From Auanema rhodensis (Eukaryota; Animalia; Nematoda), in NCBI GenBank assembly GCA_964057225.1, contig OZ059895.1, positions 23,808,001 to 23,872,000 of the forward strand: a stretch of 64,000 bases of DNA, written 5' to 3'. The position numbers and the translations under genes were made by a program. Each line of letters starts with the position of its first letter. Positions within the stretch are counted from its first letter, which is position 1. Below the pieces are notes generated by a model that saw only the letters and a program-made list of their open reading frames with translations, ran no database searches and was not told the DNA's origin. Positions 1 through 13,000 of this stretch are shown here, in pieces.

Positions 1-45
1 TGCTAATTAAATGTACACGTGATGTGCACTTGGTATGTAACTCGC

Positions 46-55
46 TTCACGTGAA
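46..55. other. Perfect 10-bp palindrome TTCACGTGAA containing E-box/G-box CACGTG (present in nearly every monomer)
   Basis: Self-complementary sequence at pos. 46-55. Function unknown. Confidence 0.9.
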
Positions 56-133
56 AGATAAAGAGATGCGGTTTTCAAAATTAGATTCCCCATGTCCATA
101 TTAGTCTAAAAACATATTTTTATTGATATTGGT

Positions 134-148
134 TCATGGTAACCATGA
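134..148. other. 15-bp odd palindrome TCATGGT-A-ACCATGA (present in most monomers)
   Basis: 7-bp arms around a central A at pos. 141. The T134G variant shortens the arms to 6 bp. Confidence 0.9.
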
Positions 149-352
149 CTTTGAAATTTACGTGAACTTTAATTTATGCTAATTAAATGTACACGTGATG
201 TGCACTTGGTATGTAACTCGCTTCACGTGAAAGATAAAGAGATGCGGTTTTCAAAATTAGATTCCCCATGTCCATATTAGTCTAAAAACATATTTTTATT
301 GATATTGGTTCATGGTAACCATGACTTTGAAATTTACGTGAACTTTAATTTA

Positions 353-528
353 TGCTAATTAAATGTACACGTGATGTGCACTTGGTATGTAACTCGCTTC
401 ACGTGAAAGATAAAGAGATGCGGTTTTCAAAATTAGATTCCCCATGTCCATATTAGTCTAAAAACAAATTTTTATTGATATTGGTTCATGGTAACCATGA
501 CTTTGAAATTTACGTGAACTTTAATTTA
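353..528 (+). repeat. Representative consensus monomer (176 bp)
   Basis: TGCTAATTAAATGTACACGTGATGTGCACTTGGTATGTAACTCGCTTCACGTGAAAGATAAAGAGATGCGGTTTTCAAAATTAGATTCCCCATGTCCATATTAGTCTAAAAACAAATTTTTATTGATATTGGTTCATGGTAACCATGACTTTGAAATTTACGTGAACTTTAATTTA; 56/176 G+C. This is the majority state at every position. Confidence 0.97.
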
Positions 529-2815
529 TGCTAATTAAATGTACACGTGATGTGCACTTGGTATGTAACTCGCTTCACGTGAAAGATAAAGAGATGCGGT
601 TTTCAAAATTAGATTCCCCATTTCCATATTAGTCTAAAAACAAATTTTTATTGATATTGGTGCATGGTAACCATGACTTTGAAATTTACGTGAACTTTAA
701 TTTATGCTAATTAAATGTACACGTGATGTGCACTTGGTATGTAACTCGCTTCACGTGAAAGATAAAGAGATGCGGTTTTCAAAATTAGATTCCCCATTTC
801 CATATTAGTCTAAAAACAAATTTTTATTGATATTGGTTCATGGTAACCATGACTTTGAAATTTACGTGAACTTTAATTTATGCTAATTAAATGTACACGT
901 GATGTGCACTTGGTATGTAACTCGCTTCACGTGAAAGATAAAGAGATGCGGTTTTCAAAATTAGATTCCCCATGTCCATATTAGTCTAAAAACAAATTTT
1001 TATTGATATTGGTTCATGGTAACCATGACTTTGAAATTTACGTGAACTTTAATTTATGCTAATTAAATGTACACGTGATGTGCACTTGGTATGTAACTCG
1101 CTTCACGTGAAAGATAAAGAGATGCGGTTTTCAAAATTAGATTCCCTATGTCCATATTAGTCTAAAAACAAATTTTTATTGATATTGGTTCATGGTAACC
1201 ATGACTTTGAAATTTACGTGAACTTTAATTTATGCTAATTAAATGTACACGTGATGTGCACTTGGTATGTAACTCGCTTCACGTGAAAGATAAAGAGATG
1301 CGGTTTTCAAAATTAGATTCCCCATGTCCATATTAGTCTAAAAACAAATTTTTATTGATATTGGTTCATGGTAACCATGACTTTGAAATTTACGTGAACT
1401 TTAATTAATGCTAATTAATTGTACACGTGATGTGCACTTGGTATGTAACTCGCTTCACGTGAAAGATAAAGAGATGCGGTTTTCAAAATTAGATTCCCTA
1501 TGTCCATATTAGTCTAAAAACAAATTTTTATTGATATTGGTTCATGGTAACCATGACTTTGAAATTTACGTGAACTTTAATTTATGCTAATTAAATGTAC
1601 ACGTGATGTGCACTTGGTATGTAACTCGCTTCACGTGAAAGATAAAGAGATGCGGTTTTCAAAATTAGATTCCCCATGTCCATATTAGTCTAAAAACAAA
1701 TTTTTATTGATATTGGTTCATGGTAACCATGACTTTGAAATTTACGTGAACTTTAATTTATGCTAATTAAATGTACACGTGATGTGCACTTGGTATGTAA
1801 CTCGCTTCACGTGAAAGATAAAGAGATGCGGTTTTCAAAATTAGATTCCCCATGTCCATATTAGTCTAAAAACAAATTTTTATTGATATTGGTTCATGGT
1901 AACCATGACTTTGAAATTTACGTGAACTTTAATTAATGCTAATTAAATGTACACGTGATGTGCACTTGGTATGTAACTCGCTTCACGTGAAAGATAAAGA
2001 GATGCGGTTTTCAAAATTAGATTCCCTATGTCCATATTAGTCTAAAAACAAATTTTTATTGATATTGGTTCATGGTAACCATGACTTTGAAATTTACGTG
2101 AACTTTAATTTATGCTAATTAAATGTACACGTGATGTGCACTTGGTATGTAACTCGCTTCACGTGAAAGATAAAGAGATGCGGTTTTCAAAATTAGATTC
2201 CCCATGTCCATATTAGTCTAAAAACAAATTTTTATTGATATTGGTTCATGGTAACCATGACTTTGAAATTTACGTGAACTTTAATTTATGCTAATTAAAT
2301 GTACACGTGATGTGCACTTGGTATGTAACTCGCTTCACGTGAAAGATAAAGAGATGCGGTTTTCAAAATTAGATTCCCCATGTCCATATTAGTCTAAAAA
2401 CAAATTTTTATTGATATTGGTTCATGGTAACCATGACTTTGAAATTTACGTGAACTTTAATTAATGCTAATTAAATGTACACGTGATGTGCACTTGGTAT
2501 GTAACTCGTTTCACGTGAAAGATAAAGAGATGCGGTTTTCAAAATTAGATTCCCCATGTCCATATTAGTCTAAAAACAAATTTTTATTGATATTGCTTCA
2601 TGGTAACCATGACTTTGAAATTTACGTGAATTTAATTTATGCTAATTAAATGTACACGTGATGTGCACTTGGTATGTAACTCGCTTCACGTGAAAGATAA
2701 AGAGATGCGGTTTTCAAAATTAGATTCCCCATGTCCATATTAGTCTAAAAACAAATTTTTATTGATATTGGTTCATGGTAACCATGACTTTGAAATTTAC
2801 GTGAACTTTAATTTA

Positions 2816-5800
2816 TGCTAATTAAATGTACACGTGATGTGCACTTGGTATGTAACTCGCTTCACGTGAAAGATAAAGAGATGCAGTTTTCAAAATTAGA
2901 TTCCCCATGTCCATATTAGTCTAAAAACAAATTTTTATTGATATTGGTTCATGGTAACCATGACTTTGAAATTTACGTGAACTTTAATTTATGCTAATTA
3001 AATGTACACGTGATGTGCACTTGGTATGTAACTCGCTTCACGTGAAAGATAAAGAGATGCGGTTTTCAAAATTAGATTCCCCATGTCCATATTAGTCTAA
3101 AAACAAATTTTTATTGATATTGGTTCATGGTAACCATGACTTTGAAATTTACGTGAACTTTAATTAATGCTAATTAAATGTACACGTGATGTGCACTTGG
3201 TATGTAACTCGCTTCACGTGAAAGATAAAGAGATGCGGTTTTCAAAATTAGATTCCCCATGTCCATATTAGTCTAAAAACAAATTTTTATTGATATTGCT
3301 TCATGGTAACCATGACTTTGAAATTTACGTGAATTTAATTTATGCTAATTAAATGTACACGTGATGTGCACTTGGTATGTAACTCGCTTCACGTGAAAGA
3401 TAAAGAGATGCGGTTTTCAAAATTAGATTCCCCATGTCCATATTAGTCTAAAAACAAATTTTTATTGATATTGGTTCATGGTAACCATGACTTTGAAATT
3501 TACGTGAACTTTAATTTATGCTAATTAAATGTACACGTGATGTGCACTTGGTATGTAACTCGCTTCACGTGAAAGATAAAGAGATGCAGTTTTCAAAATT
3601 AGATTCCCCATGTCCATATTAGTCTAAAAACAAATTTTTATTGATATTGGTGCATGGTAACCATGACTTTGAAATTTACGTGAACTTTAATTTATGCTAA
3701 TTAAATGTACACGTGATGTGCACTTGGTATGTAACTCGCTTCACGTGAAAGATAAAGAGATGCGGTTTTCAAAATTAGATTCCCTATGTCCATATTAGTC
3801 TAAAAACAAATTTTTATTGATATTGGTTCATGGTAACCATGACTTTGAAATTTACGTGAACTTTAATTTATGCTAATTAAATGTACACGTGATGTGCACT
3901 TGGTATGTAACTCGCTTCACGTGAAAGATAAAGAGATGCGGTTTTCAAAATTAGATTCCCCATGTCCATATTAGTCTAAAAACAAATTTTTATTGATATT
4001 AGTTCATGGTAACCATGACTTTGAAATTTACGTGAACTTTAATTTATGCTAATTAAATGTACACGTGATGTGCACTTGGTATGTAACTCGCTTCACGTGA
4101 AAGATAAAGAGATGCGGTTTTCAAAATTAGATTCCCCATGTCCATATTAGTCTAAAAACAAATTTTTATTGATATTGGTTCATGGTAACCATGACTTTGA
4201 AATTTACGTGAACTTTAATTAATGCTAATTAATTGTACACGTGATGTGCACTTGGTATGTAACTCGCTTCACGTGAAAGATAAAGAGATGCGGTTTTCAA
4301 AATTAGATTCCCCATGTCCATATTAGTCTAAAAACAAATTTTTATTGATATTGGTGCATGGTAACCATGACTTTGAAATTTACGTGAACTTTAATTTATG
4401 CTAATTAAATGTACACGTGATGTGCACTTGGTATGTAACTCGCTTCACGTGAAAGATAAAGAGATGCGGTTTTCAAAATTAGATTCCCCATGTCCATATT
4501 AGTCTAAAAACATATTTTTATTGATATTGGTTCATGGTAACCATGACTTTGAAATTTACGTGAACTTTAATTTATGCTAATTAAATGTACACGTGATGTG
4601 CACTTGGTATGTAACTCGCTTCACGTGAAAGATAAAGAGATGCGGTTTTCAAAATTAGATTCCCCATTTCCATATTAGTCTAAAAACAAATTTTTATTGA
4701 TATTGGTTCATGGTAACCATGACTTTGAAATTTACGTGAACTTTAATTTATGCTAATTAAATGTACACGTGATGTGCACTTGGTATGTAACTCGCTTCAC
4801 GTGAAAGATAAAGAGATGCGGTTTTCAAAATTAGATTCCCCATGTCCATATTAGTCTAAAAACAAATTTTTATTGATATTGGTTCATGGTAACCATGACT
4901 TTGAAATTTACGTGAACTTTAATTTATGCTAATTAAATGTACACGTGATGTGCACTTGGTATGTAACTCGCTTCACGTGAAAGATAAAGAGATGCGGTTT
5001 TCAAAATTAGATTCCCTATGTCCATATTAGTCTAAAAACAAATTTTTATTGATATTGGTTCATGGTAACCATGACTTTGAAATTTACGTGAACTTTAATT
5101 TTTGCTAATTAAATGTACACGTGATGTGCACTTGGTATGTAACTCGCTTCACGTGAAAGATAAAGAGATGCAGTTTTCAAAATTAGATTCCCCATGTCCA
5201 TATTAGTCTAAAAACAAATTTTTATTGATATTGGTTCATGGTAACCATGACTTTGAAATTTACGTGAACTTTAATTTATGCTAATTAAATGTACACGTGA
5301 TGTGCACTTGGTATGTAACTCGCTTCACGTGAAAGATAAAGAGATGCGGTTTTCAAAATTAGATTCCCCATGTCCATATTAGTCTAAAAACAAATTTTTA
5401 TTGATATTGGTTCATGGTAACCATGACTTTGAAATTTACGTGAACTTTAATTAATGCTAATTAAATGTACACGTGATGTGCACTTGGTATGTAACTCGCT
5501 TCACGTGAAAGATAAAGAGATGCGGTTTTCAAAATTAGATTCCCCATGTCCATATTAGTCTAAAAACAAATTTTTATTGATATTGCTTCATGGTAACCAT
5601 GACTTTGAAATTTACGTGAATTTAATTTATGCTAATTAAATGTACACGTGATGTGCACTTGGTATGTAACTCGCTTCACGTGAAAGATAAAGAGATGCGG
5701 TTTTCAAAATTAGATTCCCCATGTCCATATTAGTCTAAAAACAAATTTTTATTGATATTGGTTCATGGTAACCATGACTTTGAAATTTACGTGAACTTTA

Positions 5801-7389
5801 ATTTATGCTAATTAAATGTACACGTGATGTGCACTTGGTATGTAACTCGCTTCACGTGAAAGATAAAGAGATGCAGTTTTCAAAATTAGATTCCCCATGT
5901 CCATATTAGTCTAAAAACAAATTTTTATTGATATTGGTGCATGGTAACCATGACTTTGAAATTTACGTGAACTTTAATTTATGCTAATTAAATGTACACG
6001 TGATGTGCACTTGGTATGTAACTCGCTTCACGTGAAAGATAAAGAGATGCGGTTTTCAAAATTAGATTCCCTATGTCCATATTAGTCTAAAAACAAATTT
6101 TTATTGATATTGGTTCATGGTAACCATGACTTTGAAATTTACGTGAACTTTAATTTATGCTAATTAAATGTACACGTGATGTGCACTTGGTATGTAACTC
6201 GCTTCACGTGAAAGATAAAGAGATGCGGTTTTCAAAATTAGATTCCCCATGTCCATATTAGTCTAAAAACAAATTTTTATTGATATTAGTTCATGGTAAC
6301 CATGACTTTGAAATTTACGTGAACTTTAATTTATGCTAATTAAATGTACACGTGATGTGCACTTGGTATGTAACTCGCTTCACGTGAAAGATAAAGAGAT
6401 GCGGTTTTCAAAATTAGATTCCCCATGTCCATATTAGTCTAAAAACAAATTTTTATTGATATTGGTTCATGGTAACCATGACTTTGAAATTTACGTGAAC
6501 TTTAATTAATGCTAATTAATTGTACACGTGATGTGCACTTGGTATGTAACTCGCTTCACGTGAAAGATAAAGAGATGCGGTTTTCAAAATTAGATTCCCC
6601 ATGTCCATATTAGTCTAAAAACAAATTTTTATTGATATTGGTGCATGGTAACCATGACTTTGAAATTTACGTGAACTTTAATTTATGCTAATTAAATGTA
6701 CACGTGATGTGCACTTGGTATGTAACTCGCTTCACGTGAAAGATAAAGAGATGCGGTTTTCAAAATTAGATTCCCCATGTCCATATTAGTCTAAAAACAT
6801 ATTTTTATTGATATTGGTTCATGGTAACCATGACTTTGAAATTTACGTGAACTTTAATTTATGCTAATTAAATGTACACGTGATGTGCACTTGGTATGTA
6901 ACTCGCTTCACGTGAAAGATAAAGAGATGCGGTTTTCAAAATTAGATTCCCCATTTCCATATTAGTCTAAAAACAAATTTTTATTGATATTGGTTCATGG
7001 TAACCATGACTTTGAAATTTACGTGAACTTTAATTTATGCTAATTAAATGTACACGTGATGTGCACTTGGTATGTAACTCGCTTCACGTGAAAGATAAAG
7101 AGATGCGGTTTTCAAAATTAGATTCCCCATGTCCATATTAGTCTAAAAACAAATTTTTATTGATATTGGTTCATGGTAACCATGACTTTGAAATTTACGT
7201 GAACTTTAATTTATGCTAATTAAATGTACACGTGATGTGCACTTGGTATGTAACTCGCTTCACGTGAAAGATAAAGAGATGCGGTTTTCAAAATTAGATT
7301 CCCTATGTCCATATTAGTCTAAAAACAAATTTTTATTGATATTGGTTCATGGTAACCATGACTTTGAAATTTACGTGAACTTTAATTTT
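2816..7389 (+). repeat. 13-monomer higher-order repeat, 2 tandem copies (2287 bp each)
   Basis: 2816-5102 and 5103-7389 share the same ordered variants: G70A; T175A; G132C+delC167; consensus; G70A+T134G; C91T; G131A; T175A; A11T+T134G; A115T; G94T; consensus; C91T+A176T. Confidence 0.9.
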
Positions 7390-8973
7390 TGCTAATTAAA
7401 TGTACACGTGATGTGCACTTGGTATGTAACTCGCTTCACGTGAAAGATAAAGAGATGCGGTTTTCAAAATTAGATTCCCCATGTCCATATTAGTCTAAAA
7501 ACAAATTTTTATTGATATTAGTTCATGGTAACCATGACTTTGAAATTTACGTGAACTTTAATTTATGCTAATTAAATGTACACGTGATGTGCACTTGGTA
7601 TGTAACTCGCTTCACGTGAAAGATAAAGAGATGCGGTTTTCAAAATTAGATTCCTCATGTCCATATTAGTCTAAAAACAAATTTTTATTGATATTGGTGC
7701 ATGGTAACCATGACTTTGAAATTTACGTGAACTTTAATTTATGCTAATTAAATGTACACGTGATGTGCACTTGGTATGTAACTCGCTTCACGTGAAAGAT
7801 AAAGAGATGCGGTTTTCAAAATTAGATTCCCCATGTCCATATTAGTCTAAAAACAAATTTTTATTGATATTGGTGCATGGTAACCATGACTTTGAAATTT
7901 ACGTGAACTTTAATTTATGCTAATTAAATGTACACGTGATGTGCACTTGGTATGTAACTCGCTTCACGTGAAAGATAAAGAGATGCGGTTTTCAAAATTA
8001 GATTCCCCATGTCCATATTAGTCTAAAAACAAATTTTTATTGATATTGGTGCATGGTAACCATGACTTTGAAATTTACGTGAACTTTAATTTATGCTAAT
8101 TAAATGTACACGTGATGTGCACTTGGTATGTAACTCGCTTCACGTGAAAGATGAAGAGATGCGGTTTTCAAAATTAGATTCCCCATGTCCATATTAGTCT
8201 AAAAACAAATTTTTATTGATATTGGTGCATGGTAACCATGACTTTGAAATTTACGTGAACTTTAATTTATGCTAATTAAATGTACACGTGATGTGCACTT
8301 GGTATGTAACTCGCTTCACGTGAAAGATAAAGAGATGCGGTTTTCAAAATTAGATTCCCCATGTCCATATTAGTCTAAAAACAAATTTTTATTGATATTG
8401 GTGCATGGTAACCATGACTTTGAAATTTACGTGAACTTTAATTTATGCTAATTAAATGTACACGTGATGTGCACTTGGTATGTAACTCGCTTCACGTGAA
8501 AGATAAAGAGATGCGGTTTTCAAAATTAGATTCCCCATTTCCATATTAGTCTAAAAACAAATTTTTATTGATATTGGTTCATGGTAACCATGACTTTGAA
8601 ATTTACGTGAACTTTAATTTATGCTAATTAAATGTACACGTGATGTGCACTTGGTATGTAACTCGCTTCACGTGAAAGATAAAGAGATGCGGTTTTCAAA
8701 ATTAGATTCCCTATGTCCATATTAGTCTAAAAACAAATTTTTATTGATATTGGTTCATGGTAACCATGACTTTGAAATTTACGTGAACTTTAATTTATGC
8801 TAATTAAATGTACACGTGATGTGCACTTGGTATGTAACTCGCTTCACGTGAAAGATAAAGAGATGCGGTTTTCAAAATTAGATTCCCCATGTCCATATTA
8901 GTCTAAAAACAAATTTTTATTGATATTGGTTCATGGTAACCATGACTTTGAAATTTACGTGAACTTTAATTTA

Positions 8974-10029
8974 TGCTAATTAAATGTACACGTGATGTGC
9001 ACTTGGTATGTAACTCGCTTCACGTGAAAGATAAAGAGATGCGGTTTTCAAAATTAGATTCCCCATGTCCATATTAGTCTAAAAACAAATTTTTATTGAT
9101 ATTGGTGCATGGTAACCATGACTTTGAAATTTACGTGAACTTTAATTTATGCTAATTAAATGTACACGTGATGTGCACTTGGTATGTAACTCGCTTCACG
9201 TGAAAGATAAAGAGATGCGGTTTTCAAAATTAGATTCCCCATTTCCATATTAGTCTAAAAACAAATTTTTATTGATATTGGTTCATGGTAACCATGACTT
9301 TGAAATTTACGTGAACTTTAATTTATGCTAATTAAATGTACACGTGATGTGCACTTGGTATGTAACTCGCTTCACGTGAAAGATAAAGAGATGCGGTTTT
9401 CAAAATTAGATTCCCCATGTCCATATTAGTCTAAAAACAAATTTTTATTGATATTGGTGCATGGTAACCATGACTTTGAAATTTACGTGAACTTTAATTT
9501 ATGCTAATTAAATGTACACGTGATGTGCACTTGGTATGTAACTCGCTTCACGTGAAAGATAAAGAGATGCGGTTTTCAAAATTAGATTCCCCATTTCCAT
9601 ATTAGTCTAAAAACAAATTTTTATTGATATTGGTTCATGGTAACCATGACTTTGAAATTTACGTGAACTTTAATTTATGCTAATTAAATGTACACGTGAT
9701 GTGCACTTGGTATGTAACTCGCTTCACGTGAAAGATAAAGAGATGCGGTTTTCAAAATTAGATTCCCCATGTCCATATTAGTCTAAAAACAAATTTTTAT
9801 TGATATTGGTGCATGGTAACCATGACTTTGAAATTTACGTGAACTTTAATTTATGCTAATTAAATGTACACGTGATGTGCACTTGGTATGTAACTCGCTT
9901 CACGTGAAAGATAAAGAGATGCGGTTTTCAAAATTAGATTCCCCATTTCCATATTAGTCTAAAAACAAATTTTTATTGATATTGGTTCATGGTAACCATG
10001 ACTTTGAAATTTACGTGAACTTTAATTTA
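8974..10029 (+). repeat. Dimeric (352-bp) higher-order repeat, 3 copies
   Basis: Monomers alternate T134G / G94T three times (starts 8974, 9150, 9326, 9502, 9678, 9854). Confidence 0.75.
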
Positions 10030-13000
10030 TGCTAATTAAATGTACACGTGATGTGCACTTGGTATGTAACTCGCTTCACGTGAAAGATAAAGAGATGCGG
10101 TTTTCAAAATTAGATTCCCCATGTCCATATTAGTCTAAAAACAAATTTTTATTGATATTGGTTCATGGTAACCATGACTTTGAAATTTACGTGAACTTTA
10201 ATTTATGCTAATTAAATGTACACGTGATGTGCACTTGGTATGTAACTCGCTTCACGTGAAAGATAAAGAGATGCGGTTTTCAAAATTAGATTCCCTATGT
10301 CCATATTAGTCTAAAAACAAATTTTTATTGATATTGGTTCATGGTAACCATGACTTTGAAATTTACGTGAACTTTAATTTATGCTAATTAAATGTACACG
10401 TGATGTGCACTTGGTATGTAACTCGCTTCACGTGAAAGATAAAGAGATGCGGTTTTCAAAATTAGATTCCCCATGTCCATATTAGTCTAAAAACAAATTT
10501 TTATTGATATTAGTTCATGGTAACCATGACTTTGAAATTTACGTGAACTTTAATTTATGCTAATTAAATGTACACGTGATGTGCACTTGGTATGTAACTC
10601 GCTTCACGTGAAAGATAAAGAGATGCGGTTTTCAAAATTAGATTCCCCATGTCCATATTAGTCTAAAAACAAATTTTTATTGATATTGGTTCATGGTAAC
10701 CATGACTTTGAAATTTACGTGAACTTTAATTAATGCTAATTAAATGTACACGTAATGTGCACTTGGTATGTAACTCGCTTCACGTGAAAGATAAAGAGAT
10801 GCGGTTTTCAAAATTAGATTCCCCATGTCCATATTAGTCTAAAAACAAATTTTTATTGATATTGCTTCATGGTAACCATGACTTTGAAATTTACGTGAAT
10901 TTAATTTATGCTAATTAAATGTACACGTGATGTGCACTTGGTATGTAACTCGCTTCACGTGAAAGATAAAGAGATGCGGTTTTCAAAATTAGATTCCCCA
11001 TGTCCATATTAGTCTAAAAACAAATTTTTATTGATATTGGTTCATGGTAACCATGACTTTGAAATTTACGTGAACTTTAATTTATGCTAATTAAATGTAC
11101 ACGTGATGTGCACTTGGTATGTAACTCGCTTCACGTGAAAGATAAAGAGATGCGGTTTTCAAAATTAGATTCCCCATGTCCATATTAGTCTAAAAACAAA
11201 TTTTTATTGATATTGGTGCATGGTAACCATGACTTTGAAATTTACGTGAACTTTAATTTATGCTAATTAAATGTACACGTGATGTGCACTTGGTATGTAA
11301 CTCGCTTCACGTGAAAGATAAAGAGATGCGGTTTTCAAAATTAGATTCCCCATTTCCATATTAGTCTAAAAACAAATTTTTATTGATATTGGTTCATGGT
11401 AACCATGACTTTGAAATTTACGTGAACTTTAATTTATGCTAATTAAATGTACACGTGATGTGCACTTGGTATGTAACTCGCTTCACGTGAAAGATAAAGA
11501 GATGCGGTTTTCAAAATTAGATTCCCCATGTCCATATTAGTCTAAAAACAAATTTTTATTGATATTGGTTCATGGTAACCATGACTTTGAAATTTACGTG
11601 AACTTTAATTTATGCTAATTAAATGTACACGTGATGTGCACTTGGTATGTAACTCGCTTCACGTGAAAGATAAAGAGATGCGGTTTTCAAAATTAGATTC
11701 CCTATGTCCATATTAGTCTAAAAACAAATTTTTATTGATATTGGTTCATGGTAACCATGACTTTGAAATTTACGTGAACTTTAATTTATGCTAATTAAAT
11801 GTACACGTGATGTGCACTTGGTATGTAACTCGCTTCACGTGAAAGATAAAGAGATGCGGTTTTCAAAATTAGATTCCCCATGTCCATATTAGTCTAAAAA
11901 CAAATTTTTATTGATATTGGTTCATGGTAACCATGACTTTGAAATTTACGTGAACTTTAATTTATGCTAATTAAATGTACACGTGATGTGCACTTGGTAT
12001 GTAACTCGCTTCACGTGAAAGATAAAGAGATGCGGTTTTCAAAATTAGATTCCCCATGTCCATATTAGTCTAAAAACAAATTTTTATTGATATTGGTGCA
12101 TGGTAACCATGACTTTGAAATTTACGTGAACTTTAATTTATGCTAATTAAATGTACACGTGATGTGCACTTGGTATGTAACTCGCTTCACGTGAAAGATA
12201 AAGAGATGCGGTTTTCAAAATTAGATTCCCCATTTCCATATTAGTCTAAAAACAAATTTTTATTGATATTGGTTCATGGTAACCATGACTTTGAAATTTA
12301 CGTGAACTTTAATTTATGCTAATTAAATGTACACGTGATGTGCACTTGGTATGTAACTCGCTTCACGTGAAAGATAAAGAGATGCGGTTTTCAAAATTAG
12401 ATTCCCCATGTCCATATTAGTCTAAAAACAAATTTTTATTGATATTGGTTCATGGTAACCATGACTTTGAAATTTACGTGAACTTTAATTTATGCTAATT
12501 AAATGTACACGTGATGTGCACTTGGTATGTAACTCGCTTCACGTGAAAGATAAAGAGATGCGGTTTTCAAAATTAGATTCCCCATGTCCATATTAGTCTA
12601 AAAACAAATTTTTATTGATATTGGTTCATGGTAACCATGACTTTGAAATTTACGTGAACTTTAATTTATGCTAATTAAATGTACACGTGATGTGCACTTG
12701 GTATGTAACTCGCTTCACGTGAAAGATAAAGAGATGCGGTTTTCAAAATTAGATTCCCCATTTCCATATTAGTCTAAAAACAAATTTTTATTGATATTGG
12801 TTCATGGTAACCATGACTTTGAAATTTACGTGAACTTTAATTTATGCTAATTAAATGTACACGTGATGTGCACTTGGTATGTAACTCGCTTCACGTGAAA
12901 GATAAAGAGATGCGGTTTTCAAAATTAGATTCCCCATGTCCATATTAGTCTAAAAACAAATTTTTATTGATATTGGTGCATGGTAACCATGACTTTGAAA

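Noticed and set aside
41-57. CENP-B box (NTTCGNNNNANNCGGGN)
   Set aside because: The closest stretch, CTCGCTTCACGTGAA, lacks TTCG and CGGG. No CGGG or CCCG exists in the consensus.
92-105. ATGTCCATATTAG resembles the c-fos serum response element / CArG box
   Set aside because: It reads CCATATTAGT rather than CC(A/T)6GG and lacks the second dyad arm. With no promoter context it is most likely coincidence.
1-176. Tandem 5S rRNA, tRNA, snRNA or spliced-leader gene array
   Set aside because: No recognisable 5S, tRNA cloverleaf or Pol III A/B-box sequence, and no conserved-gene versus variable-spacer partition. An Rfam/Infernal search would formally exclude this.
1-176. Assignment to a known ~171-178-bp satellite (primate alpha satellite, Arabidopsis CEN178, Brassica CentBr)
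   Set aside because: Only the length is similar. I recognise no sequence similarity (for example, no HindIII AAGCTT site), so a database search is needed.
176-280. 34-codon ORF in each monomer (MLIKCTRDVHLVCNSLHVKDKEMRFSKLDSPCPY*)
   Set aside because: Short, with no recognisable domain. It is a chance by-product of the repeat; all three plus-strand frames hit stops within each monomer, so no long repeat protein is encoded.
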